42,021 nt of DNA from a virus. Its lineage: Duplodnaviria; Caudoviricetes. The translations under genes and the position numbers were made by a program. Positions 33,013 to 42,021 of the stretch are shown here, piece after piece; within the stretch, counting starts at the first letter, position 1, and each line of letters opens with the position of its first letter. The stretch is from positions 1-42,021 of the IMG/VR virus record IMGVR_UViG_3300025732_000087. The stretch is one strand, 5' to 3'. Under the pieces are notes generated by a model that did not search any database, had not been told where the DNA came from, and was given only the letters and a program-made list of their open reading frames with translations.

Positions 33013-35358
33013 ATGTCAAATCCTATTGATAGCGCAATCGTGTCTATTGTTTTAAAATCTGATCTTGGTTCAGATTTTGATATTGATGTTTTTAAATCAA
33101 ATGAGTTTTGTCAATTTGAAAGATTAGAAACCGAAGAAAGTGTATTGACAATTTTTCCCAAAGGGGCTTTGATTTTAAGAGATAAAAGTGATTTAATGAC
33201 TTTTATAGGATTAAAGCAAATTAAAACAATTATTGTAGAGTTTGCACAAGGTGAAAAATATCAATGGTATATTACATCTTTAAATTATACCAATAATGCT
33301 GCATCAGAAATAGATCAAACATTTATTGTAATTTACTTTACAAACAGTCTATATCATCAATCTCAAAAAGCCTCTCTTTATGATGAAAAAGTTTTTGAAT
33401 TAAATGAAGAAACTGAAGAGATGGAAGTGGTTGGAAGCACTCCCTTATGGCCCTTTTCACACCCTTTTGTGACGACAGTAGATCATATCATAAAAACATA
33501 TGGCCAGCGTGCAGTTTTTAATAAACCCTTATTTCCTATTTTAAATTCAGATGGAGACGATACAAATCTCAAAGGTTGTGGTGTAAATTTATTTATTAAA
33601 AATACTCAAGAACCAATAAATTATATTTTGTTTAGACCAAGAATTGCAGATCCCGAAAGAATGGAACAGTATCAAACAAATATAATTTCTTATTTAAATT
33701 ATATTTTTACATACGCAATAAATGAAACCAAACAACCATATTACATGTTTTGGACGGATTTTGGAAATTGTTTGAATTATAAGTTTTTTAACTTAAAAAC
33801 AGATTTGGCAAGTGGTGAATTTGGTTTTGATAAACCAGATACGGATCCAGGACACATTCAGGCTTATGCTGTATACAATTCTGACGATTTGGGTGATGGA
33901 TCTGGTAGAAAATTTGAAATAGAGGGAGAAGAAGTTCCCTGCAAAAAAGTATATGTGATGATTACAAATCCATCACACAGCATTCAAGAAAAAAATTATT
34001 ATTATATTAGAAGTTCTCCGATATATCTTGAACAACCTCAACACGAGCTTAGTGGAAGTACAAGTAACGTAGAAAGATTAATGTCCCCATATTTAAGCGA
34101 ATCCGCAAATACTACATTAACTACTGTAACTTCATATACAAATAATGATTCTGCAGATCTTCCTTATGCTATGAGAGTTGAAAATGCAAAAGATTCAAAT
34201 TTAGTACCATTGGTAGATCAGGGATTTTGGGGTTATTCAAAAGATTTCAATGGTTTAAATTCAAAAATAAATGTAACGGATGCAGTTGGTTCATATGAAA
34301 ATATTTTAAATCATATTGAATCGACTCCTTTAGCTTTACGAGATTCTTATGATATTGGAAGTGAAGAAAAACCATTATATCCGTTTAATGATAATAGATA
34401 TGTTTGGCAATTTCAATATGATCTAACCAGAACTCATCCTAATTTTGAAAGAGGAGTAAGCGGCGGAAAAGTCTTCATCAGGCAAAAAGATTTTTTCCGA
34501 GAAATAAGAGATATAATAAACACTCCCGCTTCAGGAGAAGGAGAAGAGTCTGATGTTAGCATATTTTATATAAGAGATGAATTGAAAAAAATAGCTTTGA
34601 ATAAAGTTATGCAAGCCAAATATCAAGCTTTTGATGAAAATGCTTTTTATGATAATCATCGTAGAATTCTTTTAGAAAAAACAGAAAAAGAAAATTTTGT
34701 TGCAAATGTTTTATGTTGTATTGGTAAAGAAATTACCAATCAAGAAGATTGGTTTTTTGCAAAAATTACAGGTTATGCAAAAGATTGGAGACAGGTAACT
34801 GGTTCTGGATCAAATTTTGCATTGTATTCTCTCAATGATGCTTGGCTTTATTCCTGGAAACGATTAGAACCAGGTCCTATAATTGCGGGATTGACGGGAT
34901 CGACCGCATCAAATGTAAAATATCATGCGTCGTCTCATAGTTTATTCCATGGTTGGACATTGAGTCAATGTGTTGGATCAACTGGAAGCCCCACAGAAAT
35001 TGATATTGAAAAATTAAAAATAGGAATAGGATTTACTGGATTAAATACTTGGGCAATAAATTTAAATGAAAGATTAAATAGGTATCAACAATCACCAAGT
35101 TTATTTGAATATCTTGGTCCCGGCTATAATTATGGAAATTTACAAGGTACAAATTATAGATTAAAACCCATAGGTTACACAGGAGCAGTATTCAATAATA
35201 GTGATAATAAACCAGGTACAGCAGAACAGATTGTTAAAATGTTTAAGATACCAGTTAATACTCTGCGTGAAATGGGAGCCCTTACTCCTGTTGAAAAATT
35301 TGAAGGTGAGTTTATTTATTATTTTGATAAAGAAAATGCAGTGGATGGAACTTGCTAA
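33013..35358 (+). CDS. Large baseplate protein; N-terminus gp27 hub-like, unassigned C-terminal domain
   Basis: EESVLTIFPKGALILRD resembles the hub N-terminus; YMFWTD..NYK; position after gp53. Confidence 0.6.
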   Translation: MSNPIDSAIVSIVLKSDLGSDFDIDVFKSNEFCQFERLETEESVLTIFPKGALILRDKSDLMTFIGLKQIKTIIVEFAQGEKYQWYITSLNYTNNAASEIDQTFIVIYFTNSLYHQSQKASLYDEKVFELNEETEEMEVVGSTPLWPFSHPFVTTVDHIIKTYGQRAVFNKPLFPILNSDGDDTNLKGCGVNLFIKNTQEPINYILFRPRIADPERMEQYQTNIISYLNYIFTYAINETKQPYYMFWTDFGNCLNYKFFNLKTDLASGEFGFDKPDTDPGHIQAYAVYNSDDLGDGSGRKFEIEGEEVPCKKVYVMITNPSHSIQEKNYYYIRSSPIYLEQPQHELSGSTSNVERLMSPYLSESANTTLTTVTSYTNNDSADLPYAMRVENAKDSNLVPLVDQGFWGYSKDFNGLNSKINVTDAVGSYENILNHIESTPLALRDSYDIGSEEKPLYPFNDNRYVWQFQYDLTRTHPNFERGVSGGKVFIRQKDFFREIRDIINTPASGEGEESDVSIFYIRDELKKIALNKVMQAKYQAFDENAFYDNHRRILLEKTEKENFVANVLCCIGKEITNQEDWFFAKITGYAKDWRQVTGSGSNFALYSLNDAWLYSWKRLEPGPIIAGLTGSTASNVKYHASSHSLFHGWTLSQCVGSTGSPTEIDIEKLKIGIGFTGLNTWAINLNERLNRYQQSPSLFEYLGPGYNYGNLQGTNYRLKPIGYTGAVFNNSDNKPGTAEQIVKMFKIPVNTLREMGALTPVEKFEGEFIYYFDKENAVDGTC

Positions 35359-36173
35359 TGAGTAAAAAAATAACCATATTAGGAACTAACGTATTAAAAG
35401 TTCAAACGGGAAATGCGGTTTCAAACAGAGACGATTATATCTGTGCACACAAGGATATAACTACAGGCAAACGTGAAGCTCCAATAAGTTTGGAAGATTG
35501 CTTCGATAAGTATCCAGAAATAAAGGAAATAGCAATGGCTCTTGGTGTGGGAATTACTTATTCTTTTCCTGCATCTTTTGGAATTAGTGGTTCCAGTAGT
35601 GGGTTAAAGACTTGTGGCTTAAGCGGAAGTTGCGGTCTTGGAACTGCTGGAACTGGTGGATTCTTATTTAGTTTTAATGATCCAGATAGAGAATGTATTA
35701 AAATTGAAGAATTACTTGGAACAGCTTGGATGGGATGTTTTTGGCCAGATCCCATGGCAAACTTTAGCTGCAATTGTCCAGTTTATGGCGATATGTATGA
35801 GAATTATTTAAAATATCGTTTGAGTTCTGCTACATTCTGGGCAACTCCAATAGAAACACCAGTATTGAGGCAGCAATTTATAGAATCTGTAAAAGATTTA
35901 GTAGAAATCACTGTAACTGGAAATTTTGCACAAAGACCTGGAGATATAGTATACTTAAAGGCAGATAATTTAACAGGATTGGTGGGTGAAAATGATAACC
36001 TTCCGTTAGAAAGCATAAAAACTGGTTATTATTATATACTTAAAGCAAAAAATGTTATAAAGAATGATGCTGGCCATACTACAGTTTTATCTTTAAGCAA
36101 GCTAATACATTCACGATTTTACTCACCATACAATGATTTGCCGCCATATCATTCTGATACAGATTTTGCCTAA
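35358..36173 (+). CDS. Cys-containing protein ending in a hub (gp27/gpD) C-terminal-like segment
   Basis: VEITVTGNFAQRPGDIVYL..TGYYYILKAKNVI..TTVLSLSK; TAATG coupling. Confidence 0.6.
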   Translation: MSKKITILGTNVLKVQTGNAVSNRDDYICAHKDITTGKREAPISLEDCFDKYPEIKEIAMALGVGITYSFPASFGISGSSSGLKTCGLSGSCGLGTAGTGGFLFSFNDPDRECIKIEELLGTAWMGCFWPDPMANFSCNCPVYGDMYENYLKYRLSSATFWATPIETPVLRQQFIESVKDLVEITVTGNFAQRPGDIVYLKADNLTGLVGENDNLPLESIKTGYYYILKAKNVIKNDAGHTTVLSLSKLIHSRFYSPYNDLPPYHSDTDFA

Positions 36174-36186
36174 ATATTCTTGAAAA

Positions 36187-36576
36187 ATGAAAAAAATAGA
36201 TTTTGATACTTTATTAACACCAATTGCTAAAACTAAAGTAAAAGATGTTTCTTTGGTAGAAGGTTATTCTTCTATATCACAACAAATTAAAAATGTAGTT
36301 TTGCTTGGTGAAAATGAAATACCTTTTTCATCAGTAATAGGATCAAACGTAATTAACATTCTTTCCAGTAATAGTGCTTATAGAGTTTTTGCTGTTCATA
36401 GTATAAATGGTAAAATTCCGTATGCCGTAAAAAATGTGTTTAAAGTACATGCAAGCTTGGAGAACAAGTCAACCTTTAAAAATAATGTTAATATTAAAAT
36501 TAAATTTTTTTACAGATTAAATCCAGAATCACCGCTTTCTTCTAGTGAACTTTCAATTCCAGTTTTAATACCATGA
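36187..36576 (+). CDS. gp25: Baseplate wedge gp25-like
   Basis: DVSLV..SISQQIKNVVL..EIPF..GSNV; CTAAATA at 36170; precedes gp6. Confidence 0.75.
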   Translation: MKKIDFDTLLTPIAKTKVKDVSLVEGYSSISQQIKNVVLLGENEIPFSSVIGSNVINILSSNSAYRVFAVHSINGKIPYAVKNVFKVHASLENKSTFKNNVNIKIKFFYRLNPESPLSSSELSIPVLIP

Positions 36577-37688
36577 GCTACGATTATACAAAATTAAATA
36601 TAGGAAAATTAGACTATGATGGTATAAAAACCAATTTAGTTAATTTTTTACGATCTCAAAAATCTTTTGAAAATTTTGATTTTGATAATCCTGCTTCATC
36701 AATAAATTTATTTTTAGATATTTTGGCAGCAAATACTGCTTATAATGGTTATTATTTGAATTCGGTTTTGACAAATGCCTTCCCAACAACTGCAAAAACA
36801 AAAAGATCTTTATTATTAAATGCTGCCCTGAGTGGAACATTTATTCCAGACGCAAAATCAGCGCAGTGTGTGGCAACTGTTAGAAATAGCTTAACTACAA
36901 CTGTAGAGGCATTTTCAGCATTTACAGCCGTTACGACTGCAAATGATACTTGCACATTTTATAATTTAGAACCAATTGCCCCAACAAGCGGAACAAATAC
37001 TACATCAGTAAAATTAATTGCCGGAAAAAGTGTTAAACAATTTTCAAATTTTGATTTTGCAAATAAAGTAATTGAAATTCCAATGACATATGATCCTGAT
37101 TCTTTTGTTTTACAAGTTCAAGAATTAGTAAATGGATCATATCAATATGTTACTTGGTCAAAATTAACAAAATATTCAAATACCAGTGTAGAGTCTGCTA
37201 ATGGAAAAGTCTATTCGGTAAAAAATGGGCCTGGTGTATATTATGTTACGACAAATATTTCTGGGGCAGCTACTCCCTCTGGTGCAGTTAGAGTTATAGG
37301 GGTAGAAGTTCTTGGAACAGAATCAAATAATGCCGAAATAACAGGATACAGAGATTCTACATCAATAACTGTCGTAAGCTCAACGATACCATCCGGAGCT
37401 AAAAATTCTTTATCTAAAGAATTTATAAGATCATATTTTTACTACAATTCCAACACAAGAGACAGAATTGTAACGCAGGATGATTACATTGAAGCAATTT
37501 ATCAATTTACTTTAGATAAAAATTTGTCTATTTCAAAATCTAGTATTGTTGTAAACAGTAATTCACCAGGTGTTGTAAAGGTTTTTATTCCAGAATTAAA
37601 AGATCCTGCTTTACAAACTGAGCTTATCACTTCATATCTTGCTTCGCGAAAAATTATTGGTATCACAATTGAATATGGTGAAAAATAA
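36573..37688 (+). CDS. gp6: Baseplate wedge gp6-like, short (371 aa)
   Basis: LDYDGIKTNLVNFLRSQ..F..FDF..LDILAANTAYN.YY.N; RDRIVTQDDY. Confidence 0.85.
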   Translation: MSYDYTKLNIGKLDYDGIKTNLVNFLRSQKSFENFDFDNPASSINLFLDILAANTAYNGYYLNSVLTNAFPTTAKTKRSLLLNAALSGTFIPDAKSAQCVATVRNSLTTTVEAFSAFTAVTTANDTCTFYNLEPIAPTSGTNTTSVKLIAGKSVKQFSNFDFANKVIEIPMTYDPDSFVLQVQELVNGSYQYVTWSKLTKYSNTSVESANGKVYSVKNGPGVYYVTTNISGAATPSGAVRVIGVEVLGTESNNAEITGYRDSTSITVVSSTIPSGAKNSLSKEFIRSYFYYNSNTRDRIVTQDDYIEAIYQFTLDKNLSISKSSIVVNSNSPGVVKVFIPELKDPALQTELITSYLASRKIIGITIEYGEK

Positions 37689-38306
37689 ATGATTTTATTA
37701 TTTAATAATACACCAGGATTTGGTAGTCAAGATTCCATAAAAACAGGAATCGATAGAATTGTTGCTGCTGTTGAAAAATCTCAAACTTTAAAACAGATAA
37801 AAACAAACAATATAAATGACGATGGAATAAAAATTAAACAACAATTTCCTGTTTGGATGCAACAGCTGTACGAAGAAAATCCAAATAATGTTCCTGTTAT
37901 AGATTTTTTTATTTATTATTATAAATGGTTTTTTGATTTAAATGGTTACGGCTTGGGTTTTTATCTGGAAGATCTCAGAGATCCTTTTTATGTTCCTGAT
38001 ATTTTTTATCAAGCTTACGCTGATTTAATTTTTTACAATCAATTAAATTTTACCGAATATCCAGAATTATTAGTAAATTTTAAAACATTTTTTATTCATT
38101 ATTATGACCAATATGTTCCAATAAGAGGCGAACCCGATGCCTTAATATATATTTTAAAATCTTTATTTGGAGCAACAACAGCAACTGCTACTACTGTAAA
38201 CAGTGGAACTATATTAGTGGTTTCTAATTTAGATCCAAAATATTATAATTTATTTAAGCGTTTAGCGTGTCCTTTTTCCTTTGATGTAATATTTAAATCT
38301 ATATGA
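37689..38306 (+). CDS. Baseplate wedge gp7-like N-terminal domain protein
   Basis: IKQQFPVW..FFIYYYKW; RG..ALIYILKSLFG; follows gp6. Confidence 0.55.
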   Translation: MILLFNNTPGFGSQDSIKTGIDRIVAAVEKSQTLKQIKTNNINDDGIKIKQQFPVWMQQLYEENPNNVPVIDFFIYYYKWFFDLNGYGLGFYLEDLRDPFYVPDIFYQAYADLIFYNQLNFTEYPELLVNFKTFFIHYYDQYVPIRGEPDALIYILKSLFGATTATATTVNSGTILVVSNLDPKYYNLFKRLACPFSFDVIFKSI

Positions 38307-38770
38307 ATTTTTTGAATAAATGCATTTCATTTGCAATGTCTATTGCCTCCCGTGGTATTGTAAGTAAAAAAGCGGAACCTGAAGTTAAAAAATTACGAGT
38401 ATTATCTTGTTTTGGTAATTCCGAAATAAAACCTTGTGAATTTTTAACCAAAAGCACAAATTATGAAGGATACCATTGTGGAAAATGTGGTTGTGGTGAC
38501 AAGCAACATACTCAATTATTATCAAATTCTGATACTTATTCTAAATTGGATTATCCATATCTTATCTGTCCATTAAAAATGCCAGGATTTTCAAATTATG
38601 ATTCATCTAGCCCAAGAGAAGCTGAAAACAATACTAGAAAATTTATAATTGAAAATTATGATATGTCAAAACTTCAAGAAATAAAAGTCTCTAATCCGGA
38701 ACCAAATGACGAAGAATATCTCTTATTCAAAAAATTATCAAAAATCAATGAAAATTCTATACCTAAATAA
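38303..38770 (+). CDS. Hypothetical Cys-motif protein
   Basis: R..SC..PC..HCGKCGCGD..KL..CP. Confidence 0.7.
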   Translation: MNFLNKCISFAMSIASRGIVSKKAEPEVKKLRVLSCFGNSEIKPCEFLTKSTNYEGYHCGKCGCGDKQHTQLLSNSDTYSKLDYPYLICPLKMPGFSNYDSSSPREAENNTRKFIIENYDMSKLQEIKVSNPEPNDEEYLLFKKLSKINENSIPK

Positions 38771-38778
38771 TTTTTGAC

Positions 38779-39579
38779 ATGGAGCCATCAAATAAAGAAG
38801 AATTCATAGCTTACTGCCGGGGAGCCCTCGGTGAACCTGTTGTAAACATAAACGTGGGGGCTACACAGGCAGATGATCGTTTAACAGACTGTTTAAATTA
38901 TTTGATGGAAAAGCATTTTGACTTTGTCCATCGTGCTCTATTTGCTTATCAATTAAATCAACAAGATATAGACAGAATGTATATTGATACTGCTTCTTTT
39001 GGTACGGCATTAGGTTCAACTGGAGGTTGGCCGGGAGCAGAAAATATACTAACAATCAGTAAAGTCTATCCTCTTAGTTCTACAGTTGGGGATTATATCT
39101 TTGATTTACGTTATCAATTATCTATGCAGGACTTTTTTGGAATTTTCTTTAATCAAGGAATTGCCCCTTACGGAGCATTGGCAAATTATGAAATGGCAAG
39201 AAGTTATATTCAAACAATAGAACATACATTTGCCTATCCTGTATCATTTACATTTTCTAAAGTAACTGAAAGATTATTTTTAGAAATAGGAAAACAAAGA
39301 TTAAAGGCTGGAAATTATTTATTAGTTGAAACATATGTATCAATTGATATAGCGAAATATCCAAAAATTTGGAAAGACCGTATTTTTAAACGATATTATA
39401 TTGCAATGCTTAAAAAGCAATGGGCTCAAAATTTGATGAAATTTACCGGGGTTCCCTTGCCAGGTGGCGCAAATTTAAATGCTGGGGCCTTAATGTCTGA
39501 TGCTTTAAGAGAAATTCAAGAAATTGAAGATAAGATAACCAAGATGTACGAACCACCTCCAGATATTCAAATAGGTTAA
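38779..39579 (+). CDS. gp13: Neck protein
   Basis: YC..LGEPVVNINV..Q..D; KKQWAQNLMKF.GV.LPGG..LN; CTAAATA at 38763. Confidence 0.92.
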   Translation: MEPSNKEEFIAYCRGALGEPVVNINVGATQADDRLTDCLNYLMEKHFDFVHRALFAYQLNQQDIDRMYIDTASFGTALGSTGGWPGAENILTISKVYPLSSTVGDYIFDLRYQLSMQDFFGIFFNQGIAPYGALANYEMARSYIQTIEHTFAYPVSFTFSKVTERLFLEIGKQRLKAGNYLLVETYVSIDIAKYPKIWKDRIFKRYYIAMLKKQWAQNLMKFTGVPLPGGANLNAGALMSDALREIQEIEDKITKMYEPPPDIQIG

Positions 39580-39580
39580 T

Positions 39581-40483
39581 ATGCCAATAAATCCATATTT
39601 TCAAGAATATTCAGGAGAACAAAATTTAATTGAAGAAATTTCTATAGAAATAATACAAGCTATGGGAAGGGATGTTATATACATTCCCAGACAATATCTT
39701 AATATTGATAAAATTTTTGGAGAAGATGTATCGTCGCAATTTACAAATTCATATGCGATTGAAGCTTATGTTGATTCGTGGAAAGGCTTTAATGGAACTG
39801 ATATAGTAAATCAATTTGGAATAGAAGTTAAAGATAAATTGTCTTTGACAATATCTAAAAAACGATTTGAGCAAATTATCTCTACTGGTGATGCTTCCAT
39901 AACAAGACCGAGAGAGGGAGATTTAATATATTTTCCATTATCAAAAAGTTTATTTGAAATTAATTTCGTAGAACATGAAAATCCTTTTTATCCATTAGGA
40001 AAAAGATATACTTATTTTTTAACATGTGAAATGTTTTCTTATAGCATGGAAAAAATTGCAACAGGAAATACTGCAATTAATGAAATTTATGATAATTCAT
40101 ATAGAACATTCTATGACATGACTGTTGGAAGCTTTACTGGTGGTTCAGGATTCTATGAGGGACAAAGAATTATAAAAGTTACTGGACTGTCTGGATCAGG
40201 AGAAGTAGTAGATTGGAATGCAGGAATGTCTTTGATTACCGTTAATATTTTGTCCGGAACATTTGCCGCAGGCTCCACAGTGTTTACTATTCAAGATTCT
40301 TCCAATAACTATCCAATTACAACCGCATATATCACAGGAATAACTGCAAACCCATATAGATATATGTCATACGGCCCAGGAAAGACACTCAAAGGAAATA
40401 ATGAAGATTTTGAAGCGGAAAGATTTAATAAAGACATAGTTCCATTTGATGAAAAGAATCCATTCTCGGAGGGTACTTGCTAA
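39581..40483 (+). CDS. gp14: Neck protein
   Basis: NPYF..EQ.L..E.I..G.DV.YIPR; FG.EV.D; RPREGDLIYFPL..LFEI.FVEHE.PFY.LG. Confidence 0.93.
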   Translation: MPINPYFQEYSGEQNLIEEISIEIIQAMGRDVIYIPRQYLNIDKIFGEDVSSQFTNSYAIEAYVDSWKGFNGTDIVNQFGIEVKDKLSLTISKKRFEQIISTGDASITRPREGDLIYFPLSKSLFEINFVEHENPFYPLGKRYTYFLTCEMFSYSMEKIATGNTAINEIYDNSYRTFYDMTVGSFTGGSGFYEGQRIIKVTGLSGSGEVVDWNAGMSLITVNILSGTFAAGSTVFTIQDSSNNYPITTAYITGITANPYRYMSYGPGKTLKGNNEDFEAERFNKDIVPFDEKNPFSEGTC

Positions 40484-41157
40484 TGTTTGGTCCTTTTTAT
40501 GGAGAATATTTTAGAAAATTAGTAATAGGTGTAGGTACACTTTTTAATAATGTCTATGTTACACACAAGGAAGATAACGTAGAACAAACAATTCGTGTTC
40601 CTTTGACATATGCACCAAAAGAAAAATTTATCAGAAGATTATTGGAAGAATCGTCAATTACCGATACAACAAAAATAGGCATTAGATTGCCGCAAATGAG
40701 TTTTGCCATTAATCAGATTGCTGTAGATGGTTCAAGAAGAAGGAATAAAGCATACAAAGAATATTTTCCAACTTCAAACGGTCAAGCATATGTTGTTCCC
40801 GTTGAAGTGCCAGTTAATGTTAATTTTAATCTTTTCATGTATACCAGACACATTAACGATACCTTGCAGATTGCAGAACAAATCATTCCACATTTTAATC
40901 CAGAATATAATTTAAAAATTAATTACAATCTTGCAAGAGAAGAAATAACAGTTCCGTTGGTAATGTTAAATACCCTTCAATTAAATGAAAGATATGAAGG
41001 AGATTTTGGTGGAAGACGATTAAATATGTCTAGCATGGCATTTGTTGCCAAAGGATATATTTTTGGTCCTCCTCCAAGCGGAAGCACACCAACTATAAAC
41101 ACTATTACAGAATTTGACTTAAATACAGAAATTTTTGATAGTACAGAAGGCGGATAA
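40483..41157 (+). CDS. gp15: Tail sheath stabiliser/terminator
   Basis: GTLFNN..RVPLTYAPKEKF..LPQMSF..LQIAEQI.P.F.P; TAATG coupling. Confidence 0.92.
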   Translation: MFGPFYGEYFRKLVIGVGTLFNNVYVTHKEDNVEQTIRVPLTYAPKEKFIRRLLEESSITDTTKIGIRLPQMSFAINQIAVDGSRRRNKAYKEYFPTSNGQAYVVPVEVPVNVNFNLFMYTRHINDTLQIAEQIIPHFNPEYNLKINYNLAREEITVPLVMLNTLQLNERYEGDFGGRRLNMSSMAFVAKGYIFGPPPSGSTPTINTITEFDLNTEIFDSTEGG

Positions 41158-41160
41158 TGT

Positions 41161-41610
41161 ATGAAAGATGTTGATGATAATTTACATAATTTTTTTGAAA
41201 TAGAACCAGTACAAAAAACAGAAATAAAGGAAGAATCAAAACCAGGTGTTACTGGTTGTGCATTGCAGGATTATGAATTTGCTAGAAAAAATTTAAGAGA
41301 ACTGATTGGTAATGGAACTGAAGGATTAAAAGGAATCATGAAGGTTGCAACTGAATCAGATAGCCCAAGGGCTTATGAAGTATTGGCTAATACAATAAAA
41401 ACCCTTGCAGAAATAAATGTAAATTTAATGGATGTTTCGGCTAAATTTGCAGAAACAAATAAAGTTACTGTAAAAAATAATACAAATAATTCTATATTTG
41501 TAGGAACAACAAAAGATTTACAAAAACTATTAAAACAGCAATCAGAAGTTGTGGAGGTTGAATCAAATGAACAATCAACGCTCAGGTTACCGAGCAAATC
41601 CGAATCTTAA
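41161..41610 (+). CDS. gp16: Terminase small subunit
   Basis: DYEFARKNL..A..SDSPRAYEV; NNSIFVGTTKDLQKLL. Confidence 0.9.
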   Translation: MKDVDDNLHNFFEIEPVQKTEIKEESKPGVTGCALQDYEFARKNLRELIGNGTEGLKGIMKVATESDSPRAYEVLANTIKTLAEINVNLMDVSAKFAETNKVTVKNNTNNSIFVGTTKDLQKLLKQQSEVVEVESNEQSTLRLPSKSES

Positions 41611-42021
41611 AGCTCCTGGTGTTAATTTAAATTATACACAAGAAGAGCTTGAAGACTATCTAAAATGCGCTAAGGATCCAATACATTTCATTTCAAATCA
41701 TGTAAAAATTGTAACCTTAAACAAAGGTCTTTCTCCTTTTGAGCCATATGATTATCAAAAAAGATTTATAAATGAAATACACAATAATAGATTTGTAATA
41801 TCTAAATTTCCTCGGCAAAGTGGCAAATCAAGTTGTGTATTGGGATATATAAATCATTACATTAATTTTCAAGCAGATGTAAAGGTTGCAATACTTGCAA
41901 ACAAACAAAAAACCGCAACAGATTTGTTTTCACGATTGCAAACAGCATATGAAAACCTTCCGCAGTATCTTCAACAAGGTGTTTTAGAATGGAATAAAAC
42001 ATCACTTAAACTTGAAAACGG
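41567..42021 (+). CDS. gp17: Terminase large subunit, 5' part (runs off window; not in ORF track)
   Basis: Hand translation MNNQRSGYRANPNLK..KCAKDPIHF..YDYQ..PRQSGKS (Walker A); RBS GGAGG 41553-41557. Confidence 0.93.
   Translation, partial: MNNQRSGYRANPNLKAPGVNLNYTQEELEDYLKCAKDPIHFISNHVKIVTLNKGLSPFEPYDYQKRFINEIHNNRFVISKFPRQSGKSSCVLGYINHYINFQADVKVAILANKQKTATDLFSRLQTAYENLPQYLQQGVLEWNKTSLKLEN

Noticed and set aside
3803-42021. Stop-codon reassignment, introns or inteins in core genes
   Set aside because: Core genes translate intact with the standard code and pack tightly; no intervening sequences were evident.

Overview
Segment of a T4-like (Tevenvirinae/cyanomyovirus-type architecture) phage genome with four zones. 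(1) 1-3600 is visibly GC-rich and carries small minus-strand genes. Most form self-contained units (sigma70 promoter, leader hairpin, ORF, terminator) separated by six copies of a ~50-bp covarying inverted repeat TGATAGGCCG..(G/C)ATCCTT(TT)AG..CGG(C/A)CTATCA, i.e. a cassette-like array. (2) 3800-10700 is an AT-rich cluster of late-promoter genes whose products share one of two N-terminal leaders (MKxFxxFLxE-type or a ~28-aa MNYLTxYYKxLxExLQ..LNE type), probably capsid-packaged/injected proteins. It includes an ADP-ribosyltransferase-like protein and an orphan consensus promoter firing into an AT-rich palindrome array (origin candidate). (3) 10700-27330 holds accessory genes: GMP reductase, pyrimidine-dimer glycosylase-like, LysM/lysozyme-like, deaminase, TrmH methylase, tRNA-Gln, ferritin-like, HExxH peptidase, and a ~2200-aa Cys-rich RCC1-repeat protein. 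(4) 27400-42021 is the T4 core: gp33, gp32, gp51, gp26, gp54-like, gp4, gp48, gp53, a split hub-like pair, gp25, short gp6, gp7-like, gp13-gp16 and the start of gp17. No gp5 or gp8 was recognised. All family assignments come from motif recognition and synteny by eye; no database search was run.
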